A stretch of DNA of 1,428 nt from Naegleria gruberi. Taxonomy: Eukaryota. Under the pieces are notes generated by a model. It was not told the origin of the DNA, searched no databases, and saw nothing but the letters and a program-made list of their open reading frames with translations. Made by a program: the position numbers and the translations under genes. The stretch is from NCBI GenBank assembly GCA_000004985.1, contig GG739424.1. One strand, given 5' to 3'. Positions 1-1,428 of this stretch are shown here, one piece after another (position 1 is the stretch's first letter; each line of letters opens with the position of its first letter).

Positions 1-1428
1 CTTCTCCTTTATTCCAATCCATCCAAACATCTTTACTTGTACTATAATATCCTGTTGCACTTAATGATATATCTCCTTGGAAATAGGCATTCTTAATTAA
101 TTCTTTCCATTCTTCACTTGTTAATTTTGGTGGTAATCTTTCCAAATCTTGTTTTATAATTGTATTTAAATCTTCTCTTATTATACTATTATCTAAATTA
201 TTTATATTATTTAAATTATTATTCATATCATTTGTATTATTATTCATATTATTATTTGTATTATTATTTGTATTATTATTTAAATTATTTAAATGATCAT
301 TTTCATCATAATATAAATGAGGAAATAATTTTCTTTTTAAAGAATCTAATCTATTATTTAAAGTTTGACATGCTTTAATAACAGCTTGACCATATAAATC
401 TGAAGAAACAGAAGCAGCAGTAGCAGATGTATTTGGTACTTTATCAGTACTTGTATCAGATAAATGTATAAATTCTAATGGTATACCTAATGTAGTTGAA
501 ACACATTGAATCATTTTAATAAATAAACCTTGACCCATACATACACCACCTATACTTAATAAAACACTTGCATCATTAAAATATATTTGAATTAATGCTC
601 CACCTTGATTTAAAAATGGTGCTCCAAATGCAATACCAAATTTAACTGGTATAATTGACATGCCTTTTTTACGATATCTATTTTTTAAATTATATTCTTC
701 TATTAATTTTAATCTATTTTCATAATTTGAACATTTTATAGTTTCATTAAATAATCTTTCAATTCTATAACTATCCATTATTTTCATCTTGTATGGTGTT
801 ATATTATTTTCATTATTATAAAAATTAACTTGTCTCAATTTTATAGATATTTCATTATTTAATCTTTCAATTTCTTTTAATTTAATATTATTATTATTAT
901 TATTTAATTGATTAGTAGTATTATTTAAATTATTATCATTTAATGGATTAGAAATATTAATATTATTATTTAATTGATTATTATTTAATTGATTATTATT
1001 ATTTAAATGATATAAAGATAATTGATGTGATAAATGATCTAAAATTAATTCCATTGCCATACAACCTTGTGGACCACCAAAACCTCTAAAAGCAGTATTT
1101 GATAAAGTATTAGTTTTACAAATTCTACCAATAATAGTAGAATATGGAATATAATAACAATTATCAGCACATTGTAATGCTCTATTTAAAACACTTTCAC
1201 TTAAATCCATACTATATCCACCATTAGCAATTAATTCCATTTCAATAGCATGTAATTTAAATGTAAATTTATGAATAGCAACTTTATATTTAACATAATA
1301 TGGATGTCTTTGACCTGTTGTTGACATGTCAATATCTCTATCTAATGTTAATTTAATAGGTCTATTAAATTTACTTGCTGCAACTGCAATAGCTGCTGCA
1401 AAATAAGTAGGTTTAGATTCTTTACCAC
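1..1428 (-). CDS. xdh: Internal fragment, open at both ends, of a xanthine dehydrogenase/oxidase gene covering the molybdopterin-binding (Mo-pterin) catalytic domain. The first full codon is + 1426..1424 (Gly) and the last full codon is + 4..2 (Glu), giving 475 codons with no stop.
   Basis: I translated the reverse complement by hand. It contains the hallmark XDH motifs GKE(S) (Glu802 equivalent at + 1420..1418), TTGQRHPYY (Arg880 equivalent at + 1309..1307) and NTAFRGFGGPQG (+ 1096..1064). It also contains IIPVKFGIAFGAPFLNQGGAL (around + 650..590), GGVCMGQGLFIKMIQC, DTSTDKVPNTSATAASVSSDLYGQAV and DISLSATGYY, all in the same order and spacing as in mammalian and insect XDH. The codon bias (aat, caa, tta, ggt, aga, cca) and the Asn tracts are typical of Dictyostelium. 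The gene symbol is inferred from the product, not from a database hit. Confidence 0.92.
188..301 (-). repeat. Asn-rich low-complexity coding insertion (NDHLNNLNNNTNNNTNNNMNNNTNDMNNNLNNINNLDN)
   Basis: It is seen directly in the translation. It lies in the loop corresponding to human XDH '…LEPYKKKNPSGSWEDW…', which is short in other XDHs. Confidence 0.8.
233..280 (-). repeat. Perfect or near-perfect 12-bp tandem repeat x4 on the + strand ('tgtattattatt', 'catattattatt', 'tgtattattatt', 'tgtattattatt'). In the sense direction it encodes (NNNT)(NNNT)(NNNM)(NNNT).
   Basis: Direct inspection of + 233..280 shows four in-phase 12-nt units. One unit has two substitutions (tg→ca), which changes Thr to Met. 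Confidence 0.85.
887..1006 (-). repeat. Asn/Gln-rich low-complexity coding insertion (LNNNNQLNNNQLNNNINISNPLNDNNLNNTTNQLNNNNNN). It contains a 15-bp direct repeat (sense 'caattaaataataat' x2, + 991..962) and a further QLNNNNNN copy at + 910..887.
   Basis: It is seen directly in the translation, with aat/caa/tta codon reiteration on the minus strand. The flanking sequence aligns to contiguous XDH sequence (…VTCGL | [11 protein letters not shown]… in human), so this is an insertion relative to other XDHs. Confidence 0.8.
1064..1096 (-). other. Conserved NTAFRGFGGPQG signature loop of the XDH/aldehyde-oxidase Mo-cofactor domain
   Basis: Direct translation of the minus strand over + 1096..1064 gives N-T-A-F-R-G-F-G-G-P-Q-G, matching the family motif exactly. 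Confidence 0.9.

Noticed and set aside
620-628. The substrate-contact dipeptide after the Phe1009 equivalent reads F-G-A (KFGIAFGAPFLNQ, + 628..620) rather than the mammalian F-T-V/L (Thr1010). This could be imagined as an altered substrate-binding pocket.
   Set aside because: From memory, insect XDH (Drosophila rosy) also has a Gly-containing 'KFGIAFG…' here, so this is probably normal variation among non-vertebrate XDHs. I cannot verify this without an alignment, so I do not claim a functional change.
887-1006. Treating the Asn-rich blocks as short AT-rich Dictyostelium introns.
   Set aside because: Both blocks keep the reading frame, lack in-frame stops, and have no GTAAGT…AG boundaries at their edges. 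They are therefore most simply translated low-complexity insertions.
1-1428. The possibility that the sequence is from Plasmodium, given the extreme AT content and Asn tracts.
   Set aside because: Apicomplexan parasites rely on purine salvage and are not known to encode XDH. The Gln (caa) co-enrichment with Asn and the codon preferences fit Dictyostelium better. This is an inference, not proof.
1-1428. Introns, promoters, terminators, tRNAs, transposons or CRISPR arrays.
   Set aside because: One reading frame is open across the entire window, with homology continuous apart from the two insertions. No untranslated or intergenic DNA is present in which such elements could sit. The tandem repeats are coding, in frame, and not mobile-element termini.

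Overview
The whole window is one uninterrupted coding segment on the minus strand, and the provided track's only ORF (+ 160..378) is a spurious low-complexity antisense artefact. Reading the reverse complement in the frame whose first full codon is + 1426..1424 gives 475 sense codons with no stop, running from + 1426 down to + 2. The translation reads GKESKPTYFAAAIAVAASKFNRPIKLTLDRDIDMSTTGQRHPYY...NTAFRGFGGPQG...GMSIIPVKFGIAFGAPFLNQGGAL...GGVCMGQGLFIKMIQCVSTTLGIP...DTSTDKVPNTSATAASVSSDLYGQAV...DISLSATGYY. This is an unmistakable match to the molybdopterin-binding catalytic domain of eukaryotic xanthine dehydrogenase/oxidase, covering roughly the equivalents of mammalian residues ~800 to ~1090, including the Glu802 and Arg880 equivalents. 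Three features point to a dictyostelid (Dictyostelium-like) xdh gene. The DNA is extremely AT-rich. Codon usage is aat/caa/tta/ggt/aga/cca. Two poly-Asn low-complexity insertions interrupt otherwise conserved enzyme sequence. There are no introns, stops, RNA genes, mobile elements, CRISPR arrays or intergenic regulatory DNA in the window. I see no evidence of a novel system. It is an internal fragment of a housekeeping purine-catabolism gene, whose most notable features are the lineage-specific Asn-tract insertions and their underlying tandem DNA repeats.
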